Shown: positions 10,460 to 22,103 of the stretch, in pieces
Position numbering within the stretch: the stretch's first letter is position 1
Layout: every line of letters starts with the position of its first letter
Assembly: GCA_035297365.1 (NCBI GenBank)
Contig: DATGZA010000020.1
Span: forward strand, 1 to 30,217
Direction: 5' to 3'
Source: Nitrososphaeraceae archaeon
Lineage (GTDB): Archaea > Thermoproteota > Nitrososphaeria > Nitrososphaerales > Nitrososphaeraceae
Length of the DNA stretch: 30,217 nt
Made by a program: the position numbers and the translations under genes
Notes under the pieces: generated by a model
Database searches by the model: none
Seen by the model: the letters and a program-made list of their open reading frames with translations, nothing else
Told to the model about the DNA's origin: nothing

Positions 10460-10706
10460 TAGTTGTCAAACAAACAATATTTTTATCATTGATGCAAAGT
10501 GTATTCTCTCTATATATTTAAGTTGGCAACTTTTTATAGAATCAAAAATTTCTTTGGTTAAAAAAATTAAAACAGAGAAAAAATATAAAATTATTTATAT
10601 AAATAATATATTGATACAATAATGAAAATATGATTGCTATAAAATGAAAAAATAAGACATTTTCATAGAAACTCCTCATTTTCAAAAATACATGTTTTCT
10701 CACAAG

Positions 10707-11498
10707 TTATTTTTTCTTGCATTTAAAAGTATCTTTATCTAGAGTATTGAAAGCTTTATCATCATCAGTCAATTTCAAATTATTAACAAATTTGACAGAG
10801 TTCAATTCACATGCCGATATTTTTGTTATAAGTTCTTGCACAGTGGGAGCCATAATCGATTCTTTGAAATTTGCATGTCCTAAACCAAGAGCATGACCAA
10901 ACTCATGTTTTGCAACATGTTCTAATAGAGATTGATCTAAGGTACGACCATATGATTTTTTAGAGATTGAAATTTCTACATGATCAATATATCCGAGATG
11001 ATCGAAAAATGTTACAGTTTTTCCAACTTTTTCCCCTTTGCCCTTTTTAAATTCAATTTCAATATCTGCGACAGAGTCATCCTTTACATATTTGAATTGT
11101 ACTGATCCCTTTAGTGCTTTTTCCCATTGATTAATAGCTACTTTTACAATTTTAGCCAATTCTGATCCACCGTTCTTGATGGAAAATGTTAATACTCCAT
11201 CGCTTATTGAATTCCCCCAACTACAACACACATCAATCGTTTTTCTTTTTGAATCATCTTTTTTTGCAAAAGCGATATCAATGTCTGATATTATAATTAT
11301 GGTAACAAGAATGAAAAGCAGTAGAATTGCTAAAATGTAAAGTTTAAAGTTAGCAACTACATTCTTAACGCTGTAATTTGAGATGTTGTAAAGTATTTTA
11401 GATTTAATTCTTTCTTTGATAACGTTCTTGCTTATAATAAAAATAGAAATAAGAAATAAAAAAGATTTAGGTAAAAATATCTTTATAGAATGTTGCAT
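10707..11498 (-). CDS. Matrixin-like (metzincin) zinc metalloprotease, secreted
   Basis: HEFGHALGLGH plus Met-turn SIMAP; signal-like segment ending IAFA, so the real start is probably downstream of 11498. Confidence 0.88.
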   Translation of the reverse strand: MQHSIKIFLPKSFLFLISIFIISKNVIKERIKSKILYNISNYSVKNVVANFKLYILAILLLFILVTIIIISDIDIAFAKKDDSKRKTIDVCCSWGNSISDGVLTFSIKNGGSELAKIVKVAINQWEKALKGSVQFKYVKDDSVADIEIEFKKGKGEKVGKTVTFFDHLGYIDHVEISISKKSYGRTLDQSLLEHVAKHEFGHALGLGHANFKESIMAPTVQELITKISACELNSVKFVNNLKLTDDDKAFNTLDKDTFKCKKK

Positions 11499-11851
11499 AC
11501 GATAATATGATATTCATGTGTTATATTTATTCAATCCAATTATATGTTCTGCATATTTATTCTATATTTTTATATTCTAACAATAATCTGAATCTTTTTA
11601 TTGTACGATTTTTCAAAAAGTTTTCATTAAGTTTCGTTATAATTATAGTAACTTCTAAATACAAAATTTATTTCTATTGTTTTATATAAGCAATTGTTTA
11701 ATTATGGCAATTTTGAAGTTCTAGATTTCGTGTATATAATCAGATGATATGGAATTTTGAATTAAGTTCTATTAAAAGTAAATTTATTCTTGACTAATCT
11801 TTTTTGATAGGATTTGACATTTGCGTGATAAAATTATATTCTCATAAATTA

Positions 11852-11941
11852 TCTACGAGTATTGGTCCGTCGGGAGTAATACCGATAGCAGTGCAAAAAT
11901 AAGAGTCTTCTGTTAAGTAAATAAAATAATATTTATGAATT
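11852..11941. repeat. Dispersed element copy 4 (type A, diverged)
   Basis: GGGAGTAATACCGATAGCAGTGCAAAAATAAGAGTCT with ACCG at 11881; TATTTAT at 11930. Confidence 0.93.
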
Positions 11942-12028
11942 CTTTTATGTTAGTATACTTATCTTATGAGGATATTATGACATGTTTGTGGTTAAATTTT
12001 GATCCTGTTATATTTTTTCTTTTCAGCA

Positions 12029-12751
12029 TTATTTTTTGTTATATTCATCATGACGACGAACCCAGCCCATAGGAAATTCATAACCATCCTCGTCACGTAC
12101 CTTTGGAACTAGATCAAGATAGTTATATGTATTATTCAATATATCTATTCCACGTGCATAAGCAGAATATGTGTGGAATATTTTACCCGACGGATCTTTA
12201 TAAAAGATACTTACTCCAGGCAGTTCTGAAACAGATGGATTTTGTATGACAAAATTGTAGAAACCTTCTTTCTTTTCTAGTTCTTCTGATGTAAATGATA
12301 CATAATAATCACGGTTAAAATCTGTATCAGAAGAAGAAACCCACTTAAAATCCCAACCCATCCGCTTCTTGTATGCATCTATCTTACTATAAGGTGCTTT
12401 AGAAATTGCTATCATGGTCACATCTCTTTGGTTCAAATGTACAATTATGTCATTAAAATTGTCTGCCCAAAAAGAACATGACTGACATGCTGCATCCCAT
12501 GCAGGATCATACATCAAATGATATACTATTAGCTGGCTTCGTCCATCAAAAAGTTCTGACAATGATTGTTTTCCATTTGGTCCATCAAAGACATATTCTT
12601 TATTGACCTGAACCCAAGGTAGATCTCGTCGTTCTTGACTAAGCTGGTCACGTAATACAGTAAATTCTTTTTCTTTTTTAAGTAGTTCTTTTCGAGCTTC
12701 TATCCATTCACTTTCAGAAACAACTTTGTGATTATCTAAAATGTAAGTCAT
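12029..12751 (-). CDS. DUF899 thioredoxin-like protein
   Basis: EWIEARKELLKKEKEFT, LFDGRSQLIVYHLM, CQSCS, LDLVPKVRDE, WVRRHDEY. Confidence 0.92.
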   Translation of the reverse strand: MTYILDNHKVVSESEWIEARKELLKKEKEFTVLRDQLSQERRDLPWVQVNKEYVFDGPNGKQSLSELFDGRSQLIVYHLMYDPAWDAACQSCSFWADNFNDIIVHLNQRDVTMIAISKAPYSKIDAYKKRMGWDFKWVSSSDTDFNRDYYVSFTSEELEKKEGFYNFVIQNPSVSELPGVSIFYKDPSGKIFHTYSAYARGIDILNNTYNYLDLVPKVRDEDGYEFPMGWVRRHDEYNKK

Positions 12752-12929
12752 TATTTTTGCCAGGCCTCAATTTCTTTATATTTCGGTTTTCTACAATAGT
12801 TAGTCAACTCTTTTAAAAATAAAGTCCAACTCCTATTGTGTTGTTTTATAGATGTGGAATACATACACATTATATACAATATGAAATATTTAAACATTTA
12901 AATAATTCTTTAACTATCATATTATAATA

Positions 12930-13250
12930 ATGACAGGGTCTGTTTGGAAAGCACTAGCTGAGGATAACAGAAGACAGATTTTATTATTGCTTAGGGAACA
13001 TGATATGTTTCCTTCAGAATTAGCAAAGTATTTTGATACTACCTTTGCTGCAGTATCCACAAATTTAAGAATTTTAAAAGACGCAGATCTCATCAAAGAA
13101 ACTAGAGAAGGACAGAAAAAAAGATACTCTATAAATCCTAAAAAAACTTTAGAAATAAAGGAATTTTTTGATAAAATGTGGGGACATAATCTTGAAGGCC
13201 TTAAAGAGTTTCTAGAAAGTAAAGAGGAAAAGAAAAAAAATGAGCGATAA
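12930..13250 (+). CDS. ArsR/SmtB-family transcriptional regulator
   Basis: WKALAEDNRRQILLLL...AVSTNLRILKDADLI...REGQKKRYS. Confidence 0.9.
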   Translation: MTGSVWKALAEDNRRQILLLLREHDMFPSELAKYFDTTFAAVSTNLRILKDADLIKETREGQKKRYSINPKKTLEIKEFFDKMWGHNLEGLKEFLESKEEKKKNER

Positions 13251-13707
13251 ATATGATGTACTTAAAAAAGAGATAGTAATAAATGCACCAGTAGAGAAAG
13301 TATATTCTGCTCTAATTACTCCAGAACAATTAATTCAATGGTTTCCTAATATAGTAACTATAGAACCAAAGATAGGTGGAAAAATTTCTTTTAAATTCCT
13401 AAAAGAAAGTACACAAGAAGATAAAGACCATGAAATTGTTGGTGAGATTGTTAGTTTTATACCAAATAAGGAGCTATCCTATTCTTGGAATTTTAGAACA
13501 AAGCCTGAATATAATAAAAATACTATTGTTACGTGGAAGCTTGAGCAACTAGATAAGGATAAAACAAAATTAACTTTGATTCATAGTGGATTCACAAATG
13601 CAGATAGATTACAATTTGATGATCATAACAAAGGATGGAGCAGGCATATTAAAAGACTTGAAAATCTTATGGATAAAAACACAAATGCAAACGAAATTGT
13701 AATGTAG
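13240..13707 (+). CDS. SRPBCC (AHSA1-like) domain protein
   Basis: IVINAPVEKVYSALI, LSYSW, TKLTLIHSGF, HNKGW; overlaps the ArsR stop, as is typical of this pair. Confidence 0.9.
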   Translation: MSDKYDVLKKEIVINAPVEKVYSALITPEQLIQWFPNIVTIEPKIGGKISFKFLKESTQEDKDHEIVGEIVSFIPNKELSYSWNFRTKPEYNKNTIVTWKLEQLDKDKTKLTLIHSGFTNADRLQFDDHNKGWSRHIKRLENLMDKNTNANEIVM

Positions 13708-14040
13708 TACTTGCAAGCTGTGGAAAACAGGTATTTTGAATCTGCTAGAAAATATAAGCGACAACGTATAGTACGAGGGACCTGAGGAACTTGGTTCATT
13801 TAATAAAGCGAAGCCTTGAAATATTTAGAGCATCTAAATTTACCAAAAGCAGATATCAAAAAGAAATTCGTAGATGATAACGATGTATGTCTTATCTCTT
13901 ACATGAATTTCGACAAACAGTCTATAACAGCGTTGATATTTTCATGGTATTACGTTGATGATGGAAAAATACGTTGATGATGGAAAAATAACTTCGATAA
14001 GAGTTGCTTTTGATCCACTACCCTTCACCCAGAAAAATGA
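13669..14040 (+). pseudogene. SnoaL-like (NTF2-fold) pseudogene
   Basis: ANEIVM*YLQAVEN...FVDDNDVCLI...WYYVDDGKI...SIRVAFDP, with a stop, frameshifts and a 19-bp tandem duplication at 13951-13988. Confidence 0.7.
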
Positions 14041-14286
14041 GACAAATAATAAAAAGATAAAAAATGATTTATTGCACCAAATTTACATTTAAAATTGTAA
14101 TTAGAAGGACAAGTAAAATATACCAGATATTGATTTTTTTGTGTTTTTTAATTCGTGTTTTGTTTGAAAGTAATTGTAAAGCAACTTTATATCATTTAAT
14201 CCCCCTAGAATGATCTGTTTTTTGACAAAGGACTTGAAATCTTTTGACTGTATGTTGACCACATGCAAGATTAGGTTACCTATGAA

Positions 14287-15003
<717 letters not shown>

Positions 15004-15625
15004 GAACTGATAGTAAATAAATTTTGTATATCTTTTTATTTAGTTCTATATCTTTGTAATTAGGAATGTTTGCATACCCAATAATGTTCATGTTAAGAAT
15101 AATAATAATCGTTTGACCAAAAAAAATATCTAGAAGATAAAATTTATTTTTGGAAAATGATGATTACCAATTTATAAAATCTACTTTGATATACAATTCT
15201 TTTCTGATAATAGAAAAGTAGAAGATGAATTAAGAGATAAAGAAGTAGTCTTTAATACATAACTATTGGCGGTACACATTTACAATCGCTATTAACTTTA
15301 TGATATATTTTTATTAACATTTTAAATTATTAGACAAATAATATTATTACCAAATGTATGTAGATTATTATACATATTTATTCTAGCATTTATGTTAGCA
15401 GTTAATATTTTGATAATAGACATAGAAAGTATTGTACATGGAGTATCAGGTAAAAGGAATATAGCAACTTTTGTACCACCTACTACTAATTCTCATGTTA
15501 AATGAATAATAGAAAATCCCTTTTTACTTTTAGTTTTTTAACTAATAGAAAATAAATAGATATGTCTATATATTTGAAATGCTTTTCTGTTTTTACCTAA
15601 ATTGATTCTAAAGATATTCAAAACT

Positions 15626-15805
15626 ATGAAAGCTCACATTCAAAGTAATTTGAATGCTCCCCATCCAACATTAGTAACATTAGGGATCAGCGCTTTAATT
15701 ACAATTATAGTACTCGGTATATTTTACATTGCGGATACTGGAATGATTGGAATAGGAGATGCTGAGGCTGCTAGAAAATTAATGCCAAAAGATGGCGGAA
15801 GATAA
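15626..15805 (+). CDS. Small protein consisting mostly of a signal peptide with a short C-terminal tail
   Basis: ATG at 15626; HPTLVTLGISALITIIVLGIFYI...AEA followed by ARKLMPKDGGR. Confidence 0.6.
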   Translation: MKAHIQSNLNAPHPTLVTLGISALITIIVLGIFYIADTGMIGIGDAEAARKLMPKDGGR

Positions 15806-15917
15806 AAATAATACAAGTTTTTTATCTAATGCCAATTTTACAGATAATAAAAAAATATTTTGAACAAAAGATTATTAGTATTATATAAAAATAAGAAAGA
15901 TGAAAAATTTACATTTA

Positions 15918-16721
15918 TTATTGTTGTTGTGGTAGTGTTTTATTACCCATAATCCTGTTGAACACATCTAATTCTTTTTCATATAATATTTCAGTTAAAT
16001 TAGAATTTATTCTTAAAGCTTTCTCATAATATACTCTGGCGTTATCATCTTTTCCCATGTTACCTAGTATAAAAGCCATAGTACTTTGCAAATATTCATC
16101 ATTAGGATTATCTCTAGCTGTTTTTTCTATAACTGAAATTGCTTCTTCATTCTTTCCCATTTCAGCTAAGGCTTCTGCTTTGTTATTTATTGCATAAACA
16201 TCAGATGCATTAATGGATAAAGCTTGGTCAAAGTACTTTATTGCCTCATCATTTTTTTCTAATGCCAATAAAGCACCTCCTTTATTAATTAGAGCATAAA
16301 GATCTGATGCATTCATAGAGAGTAATTGGTCAAAGTACTTTATTGCCTCATCATTTTTTTGCAATCCCAATAAAGCAAGACCTTTATTATTTAAAGCCTT
16401 TACATTGGATGGATTTATTGCTAGAATCTGGTCAAAATACGGAAGTGCTTCATTATATTTGTGCAACCTCCATAGAGCAAGACCTTTGTGATTAAGAGCA
16501 TTAATCTCTGATGCATTTATCGCTAGGATTTTGTCATAGTATTTGATTGCTTCGTGATATTTTTTTTGGTTGAACAAAGTATAGGCTGTCTCTAACATTG
16601 AATCTATTTCTGTTGAATTAATAACATTTTGAGCATCAGCTAGCGTAATAGTATTAACAGAAGCAGATATATAAAGAATTGATAAAGCTACAATAATTGT
16701 ACTAAAATACAAAAATTTCAA
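15918..16721 (-). CDS. Secreted tetratricopeptide-repeat protein
   Basis: Signal peptide ending ADA; 34-aa repeats ALxNKGxAL...EAIKYFDQ, also visible as a 102-bp DNA period. Confidence 0.9.
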   Translation of the reverse strand: MKFLYFSTIIVALSILYISASVNTITLADAQNVINSTEIDSMLETAYTLFNQKKYHEAIKYYDKILAINASEINALNHKGLALWRLHKYNEALPYFDQILAINPSNVKALNNKGLALLGLQKNDEAIKYFDQLLSMNASDLYALINKGGALLALEKNDEAIKYFDQALSINASDVYAINNKAEALAEMGKNEEAISVIEKTARDNPNDEYLQSTMAFILGNMGKDDNARVYYEKALRINSNLTEILYEKELDVFNRIMGNKTLPQQQ

Positions 16722-16870
16722 ATAATTAATTCTTTTAGATAGTGATGATGATGATGGTTTGTAATATTGACTTATCGTATTTTGTTCTAAAAGAAAGAAT
16801 AATATAATTTTATCTGTTATGAATTATTTATCTAGAAAGAAAATACTAAATTTTAAATTAATGTAGTCTG

Positions 16871-17095
16871 TATTTATTTTCATTATATTTTTAGTTCTAT
16901 TTTTTAGATTAATTGTTTACTTGTATTTTGTTATATTTATTAGTTTTTTTCTTAGAATCTATCCCAAAAATAGATAATAATATGGCTCATTGGTTCCTAT
17001 ATTACAATGATAATTGAATAACAGCAGCAAGAATAATTCACATTGGAACAATTATACGTATTCCATATGATCTTTACAACTAAATTAATATTTTA
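16871..17095. repeat. Segmental duplication 2, copy A
   Basis: Near-identical direct repeat of 29987-30217. Confidence 0.95.
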
Positions 17096-17333
17096 CCTGT
17101 AGAAAAACCAGACAATACATAGGGTCGTCCAATTGTTCTATATCGAAAAGTATTTGATGGTATCATATTTGTATTGAGTACCGGATGTCAGTGGAAATTG
17201 TTGCCCAAAGAATTTGGTTCTGGTTCTACATGTTATACAAGATTTCAAGAATGCATACAATCAGGTATTTTTTGATACATTATGGACCAGATTACTAAAA
17301 TTATACAATTTAAAGAAAGGAATCAGATGGAAA
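16952..17333 (+). mobile_element. IS5-family (IS427-like) left end and N-terminal transposase pseudogene
   Basis: ILPVEKPDNT*GRP...VFDGIIFVLSTGCQWKLLPKEFGSGSTCYTRFQE, with in-frame stops. Confidence 0.88.
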
Positions 17334-17740
17334 GTTACTTACTTCAGAACAGAATGACATTGTAAAAATAATGAGAAAAACTGAGGTCGATAAAATACAT
17401 TGAACATCAAATTGTCGAAATCGAATAATTATATGATCAAATTGAACAAAATATTAATTTACTTCCTAGAACTATTCTAAAAAAATTCATTGAAAGTGAT
17501 ATACTCTGATAAAATATAATAGAATTCTTACTCATCTAAATATACTAAAATTAACATCGTCGAAAATTTAAAGTATCTTATATTTATAGCATAAATCCAA
17601 TGTGAAAATCATTAAATCTTGTTTATTGTTTAGCATATTGGATGGATGTCATTTCTTTTAATATTTAGAACGTAGTATATTAGTAATTTTTTGTTAAATG
17701 TATCCTATTTTATTTTTTGTTTTAATTTGTATTTCTTAAT

Positions 17741-17815
17741 ATCGATAAATCAACCCTGGAAGACTACGGGCCCGTTAGTAGTAACACCGATAGTGGTGCA
17801 AAAATAAAAACCTAA
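17741..17815. repeat. Dispersed element copy 5 (type A, no right-hand TATTTA box)
   Basis: GTAGTAACACCGATAGTGGTGCAAAAATAAAAACCTAA with ACCG at 17786; left flank ATCGAT...CCCTGGAAGACTACGGGCCCGTT aligns with copies 1 and 6. Confidence 0.9.
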
Positions 17816-17849
17816 TTTAGAGATTCATACGTTTTAGACAATAACAGAA

Positions 17850-18119
17850 CTAGAAGTCTTCATCTTTGTTTTTTCTTCTTGTATCCAAAAATGCTACAAT
17901 ATCATCAATAGAATTTACTTCTGTTAAGTTGCTTAGCTATTTTCTTGATTGTAAAAAATCTGCAAACATAACATAACTTTGATACAGTTTCTCTGATATT
18001 TTGCATTTGTATCTTTTGAGATTAGATATTTTGAAAATTCCTATCAAATTTTTATTTAAATTACTTTCAGCGGTTTCAATTTGCTCCAATACATTTTCTA
18101 AACTATGAGAGTAACTCAT
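17850..18119 (-). pseudogene. Probable N-terminal fragment of a tyrosine recombinase/integrase
   Basis: Joined frames read MSYSHSLENVLEQIE...KYLISKDTNAKYQRNCIKV..MFADFL...*LSNLTEVNSIDDIVAFLDTRRKNKDEDF*. From memory this resembles the N-terminal domain of Nitrososphaeraceae integrases; no catalytic domain is present. Confidence 0.55.
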
Positions 18120-18384
18120 TATTACAAATATTATAAAAAAACACATGTATATGAACACTGATAAAAACGGGCCATTCGGATTGAGTGGTATTTCTGCCTC
18201 TTATGTAGTGCATTACAACCGAAGGTAATTTCATATTGTGTATCTAAGAAGGTTCAAAAATAAGATACGATATTTAGAATCATTATTTAATAACATATAA
18301 AGTCATTTACATATGAAATGGTTATTTAATTTCACGTTCTCTATTTGATATATGATATATTTAGTACCGAGGTGAGTATATATC

Positions 18385-18687
18385 ATGAGTCACAACATTT
18401 ACATAAAATGCGTCAAAAAAGACAAAAAAGGACACGTACATAGTGTGATTACGAATGATCATGATATAAGCCCTAAAAGGCACGAGACGGATATCGAATT
18501 TACCATTGAAGAGATTAGAATGAAACTCCAAAATAGTACAATAGACAACGTAGTCAATATTTTTACTGATAGATTAGGCAGGATTATTCGTCTTAAAGTA
18601 GATACTATAACATATGGAAGGTGGACATTAGTCGATCAAGAGGACTCTAAATTTCATTTAGATTTACTTCCTACATGTAGTAGATAA
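18385..18687 (+). CDS. DUF3892-like protein
   Basis: YIKCVKKD...FTIEEI...HLDLLPTC pattern. Confidence 0.55.
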   Translation: MSHNIYIKCVKKDKKGHVHSVITNDHDISPKRHETDIEFTIEEIRMKLQNSTIDNVVNIFTDRLGRIIRLKVDTITYGRWTLVDQEDSKFHLDLLPTCSR

Positions 18688-18961
18688 ATTGAGAAAATTA
18701 TATAATCTCTTTTCATCATCAAAACATGTATTGGTAGAATATTTACTATCAAAAAAATTCAGTATGCAAAGGAAGGAGACTACTGTAAAGATAATGTTGT
18801 ATAAGTTCATATCGCTGTAGCATAATTTGTTTGCGAATAAAATTTATTATTGTTGAATTACCCCAGAAAAGTGAATGATTAAAGTCTCTCATCATATTTT
18901 TAATAATAAATACCATTGTTAGTCAAAATATGAGATAACATTAGAAATGAACTAACAAATG

Positions 18962-19264
18962 TTATAATTTTTTACACTGTTCTATAACATCAGAAAATGT
19001 GATTAGAGGGACTATTTTTAATGCATTAAATTTACCCGCATTTGTTGCAAAGAATGATTGTATTAAATGAACGTCATCTGCCTCAACGACCCATAAAAAA
19101 GTATGTTCTAATGCTGAGTGATATTGGTTAATTATTTTTATATTTAAATTACTTGCTTCTTCAATCACTTTAGGACCTTTTTCTAATACTAATTTTCGAG
19201 TTTCAGTGTTATTCCATGGACATGCTTCTGTAGTGTGACTGCCGTATATTCCGAATAATCCCAT
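18962..19264 (-). CDS. Small ferredoxin-like-fold protein (DUF3303/GYD-like)
   Basis: GSHTTEACP...LEHTFLWVVEADD...KIVPL; 14 nt downstream of the preceding gene. Confidence 0.6.
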   Translation of the reverse strand: MGLFGIYGSHTTEACPWNNTETRKLVLEKGPKVIEEASNLNIKIINQYHSALEHTFLWVVEADDVHLIQSFFATNAGKFNALKIVPLITFSDVIEQCKKL

Positions 19265-19278
19265 ATTTCTATACTACC

Positions 19279-19656
19279 TTAAGCTGTTGTTTTCACTTCT
19301 GTTATCCATTCACATTTGACGCCAGCTTTATGATGATGATTTTCCACTGCTTCTCTATTGGGTGCCTCGAGAAGGCAAAAGAACTTGTCTTCTTCTTTGT
19401 TATACAGTATATTAAAATGTGTAATTGCGAATTCATCTATAGGAGCCTGTTGCAATTTTCTTAAAGTCCCTTCATCAAATCCTTTCAAAGAGTGAACATC
19501 AAGGAATTTTTTAGAATTGAATTTTGCAATTTCAGGTTTTTCCTTTTTTTCTTCAACTGTCTTAAAGAGTTTGTCTACCTTGACTCCATTTATTATTTTT
19601 TGTTGTTCAATTTTTTCTTGTTGCCGATTTATTTGATTCATAATATATGATAGCAT
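19279..19656 (-). CDS. DUF4242/SCO4226-type nickel-binding protein with an OsmC-like N-terminal extension
   Basis: KFLDVHS...FFCLLEAPNREAVENHH...ITEV preceded by INGVKVDKLFKTV...PEIAKF. Confidence 0.75.
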   Translation of the reverse strand: MLSYIMNQINRQQEKIEQQKIINGVKVDKLFKTVEEKKEKPEIAKFNSKKFLDVHSLKGFDEGTLRKLQQAPIDEFAITHFNILYNKEEDKFFCLLEAPNREAVENHHHKAGVKCEWITEVKTTA

Positions 19657-19847
19657 GCTATCATCATATAAATGTTATTATTATTTGATATCATGATATC
19701 TGACACGTAAGAAATCAATAACTTGATATAATATTAATAAATAGAAAGTAACACATCATTTACTAATAAGAAAATATATTACAAATATATAACTATATTT
19801 TAATTCATAAAAATATAAATCCTAATTATTTTATAATACAAGATAGA

Positions 19848-20141
19848 TTACTGCAATTTTATGATTTCATCCCATGTTCCAGATAAAGAGAGCATATAAA
19901 ATTTGCTGTGATCTGCACTTTCTAAATTTATAATATCTCCAGCTGATACTTGAATTTGAAATAATTTATTTAAGAACTGCAGAAAACTGGGTCCTGCAAC
20001 TATACTTTTAGCTTCTTTTTCAACAGGTAGGTTATAGTATTTTTGCAACGCTTCCACTAGACCCAAACTACTAATTTCTCCTACTAAGTCTGCAGGATCT
20101 ATAAATTTAGAATTTCTTTTGTATACTTTAAGCCTAGCCAT
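19848..20141 (-). CDS. Hypothetical protein
   Basis: 97-aa ATG-started ORF co-oriented with its neighbours. Confidence 0.6.
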   Translation of the reverse strand: MARLKVYKRNSKFIDPADLVGEISSLGLVEALQKYYNLPVEKEAKSIVAGPSFLQFLNKLFQIQVSAGDIINLESADHSKFYMLSLSGTWDEIIKLQ

Positions 20142-20254
20142 TATAAAATCATCCTTTATATTCCTCTAATCAATCTATAATATAATATTATCATTATTGT
20201 TTATCTATAATCAAGATATATGAAATTGATTTAAACAAAAGAATGAAATCATTA

Positions 20255-21591
20255 TCAAAATTTGGGTTTCCAATAGTTGTGATTCCATTTGATAAACTCT
20301 GGTTTTTGTTTGTCATCGTCATATTTTATTTCATATATCTCATTATGATCGAGTATTGTTTTAATGAGTAACTCACAGTTAACATAAGATATAGTGTTGG
20401 AAGCTGAAATCCAGATATTGTATTTTCTAACTTCATCCTTTTTGGCATCAAGTTGATATTCATCTAATTGAATGAGATATTTATTTTTCCACAAACCGAT
20501 CTCCATACTTTTAAATTGAAAAGTAGTAGCTTCTTCAATACTTCTTCTAATTTCATTACCATATAACGGTTCAATCTGTAATAATGTCACGCCCCACTCG
20601 TTATGCCAATTAAGAAAATCTATACAGGCGTTTCTTGTTTTATGATTCTCCCAATCTTTTTCTATACGATGTTTTTCCATCATCATAATTCTAACACTTT
20701 TTGAATCTACGTTATATTTATCTGACCTTCTCCTTAATCTTGCCTGATATTTTACTAATGAAGTATTTGACTGTGACTTTAGAAACGTACTGGCCAACAT
20801 TGTATTTATAGAATCATAGTGGACAGCATATTGGAAAAGTGAACGATACATATTTTTCATTGATTCATCAAGTAAAATTATTTTCTGACCTTGATCAATT
20901 TTCTTTTTTAAACCAATTCCTTCATATTCGAAAAAAGTATCAAACGGACCAGACAATTCAGAATCAATATTAATTCTATCAATCATTCCTCGTTTATCTA
21001 CTGGAAAATTACTATTTCCAAAAATAGGCACAGCAGCGTTTGGTCTATTATTACAAAAATTAAATACATGTATAGACTTTTGATGTTTAACAAAGTATTT
21101 ACCCAGATCCTGAAAGAATTGGCTACTTGTTTGTGATGGTAAAAGATGTTCTAATTCGTTTTTGTGTTTAGTGATAAAACTTTCATATGCACTGAGATCC
21201 AATAGAATATGACCTTCATCACAAAGCTCACATAATCTTCTTACTATTGCTGGTCCATTTCCCCAAACAGGTATTCCTACTAAGGATTTAGCACTATCGA
21301 TTTCAATTGCATCACCTCTTGCAATTGCTATTTTCAATGCTAAACAAGATTCTCCTCCTTTTAGTTGAGGAAATTCCGTATGTACTTTTAATGCAAGTTG
21401 AAGAGGTAATATCAAGGAATCTTTCTTAAACCAGATTATAACTCCGTCACCTGTAAACACTGTCTGAATTTGTTTTTCATATGGAGATAAATAATCTTTA
21501 ATTACAAGTAGTAAATCTTTAATATTATCATTCTGTATATCGGTATCTTTTGAAGAACCGACAATATCAATACAAAAAAATCATACATCAT
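20255..21591 (-). CDS. Class III nucleotidyl cyclase fused to an unknown C-terminal domain; ATG out of frame by 1 nt
   Basis: The frame stays open upstream of 21460 to FFCIDIVGSS (21580); FTGDG, KIAIARG, VWGNG...RRL motifs; one more A in the A7 run 21574-21580 links it to ATG 21591/21588. Confidence 0.8.
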
Positions 21592-22103
21592 AAAAATAAT
21601 GACGAATTTCAAATATCTAATCCTTACTATATGCTATAGTATAATTACAGGGAAAAGAATAATTTATTTATATATGGATGTTTTTAAATTATTATTCTTT
21701 ATTATTTCAGGTTAATCCATCTACATTAAATAGAAAAAGTAAATTTCAAACATTAACATTGTAATAGTCTTAAATTTAATTACAGGAAGAATACAAATAT
21801 TTATTTAAGATACGTATGTATTATCAATTTTAGATTGTACTTTGTTGCACAACTATGATTTTCGTTAATTTTGATTAAAAAAATGAACGTACTATCATAT
21901 AAGGAATCTATTGTGACAATTTATTCTTGTCATAATCTTGTATCATATTATCGAGATATTCATACTTGTGAAACAAAATAATAGATTGTAAGTTGTTATG
22001 TTATCTATTAAAATGATGCAATACGTCTAATAAAAACAAACTTTCAGGAAATACTTTTACAGGAAACAATGAATTTATAATGCGACATCTGTAAATATTT
22101 CAA

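Noticed and set aside
11507-11689. 60-aa + strand ORF
   Set aside because: Low-complexity I/F/Y composition typical of AT-rich non-coding DNA.
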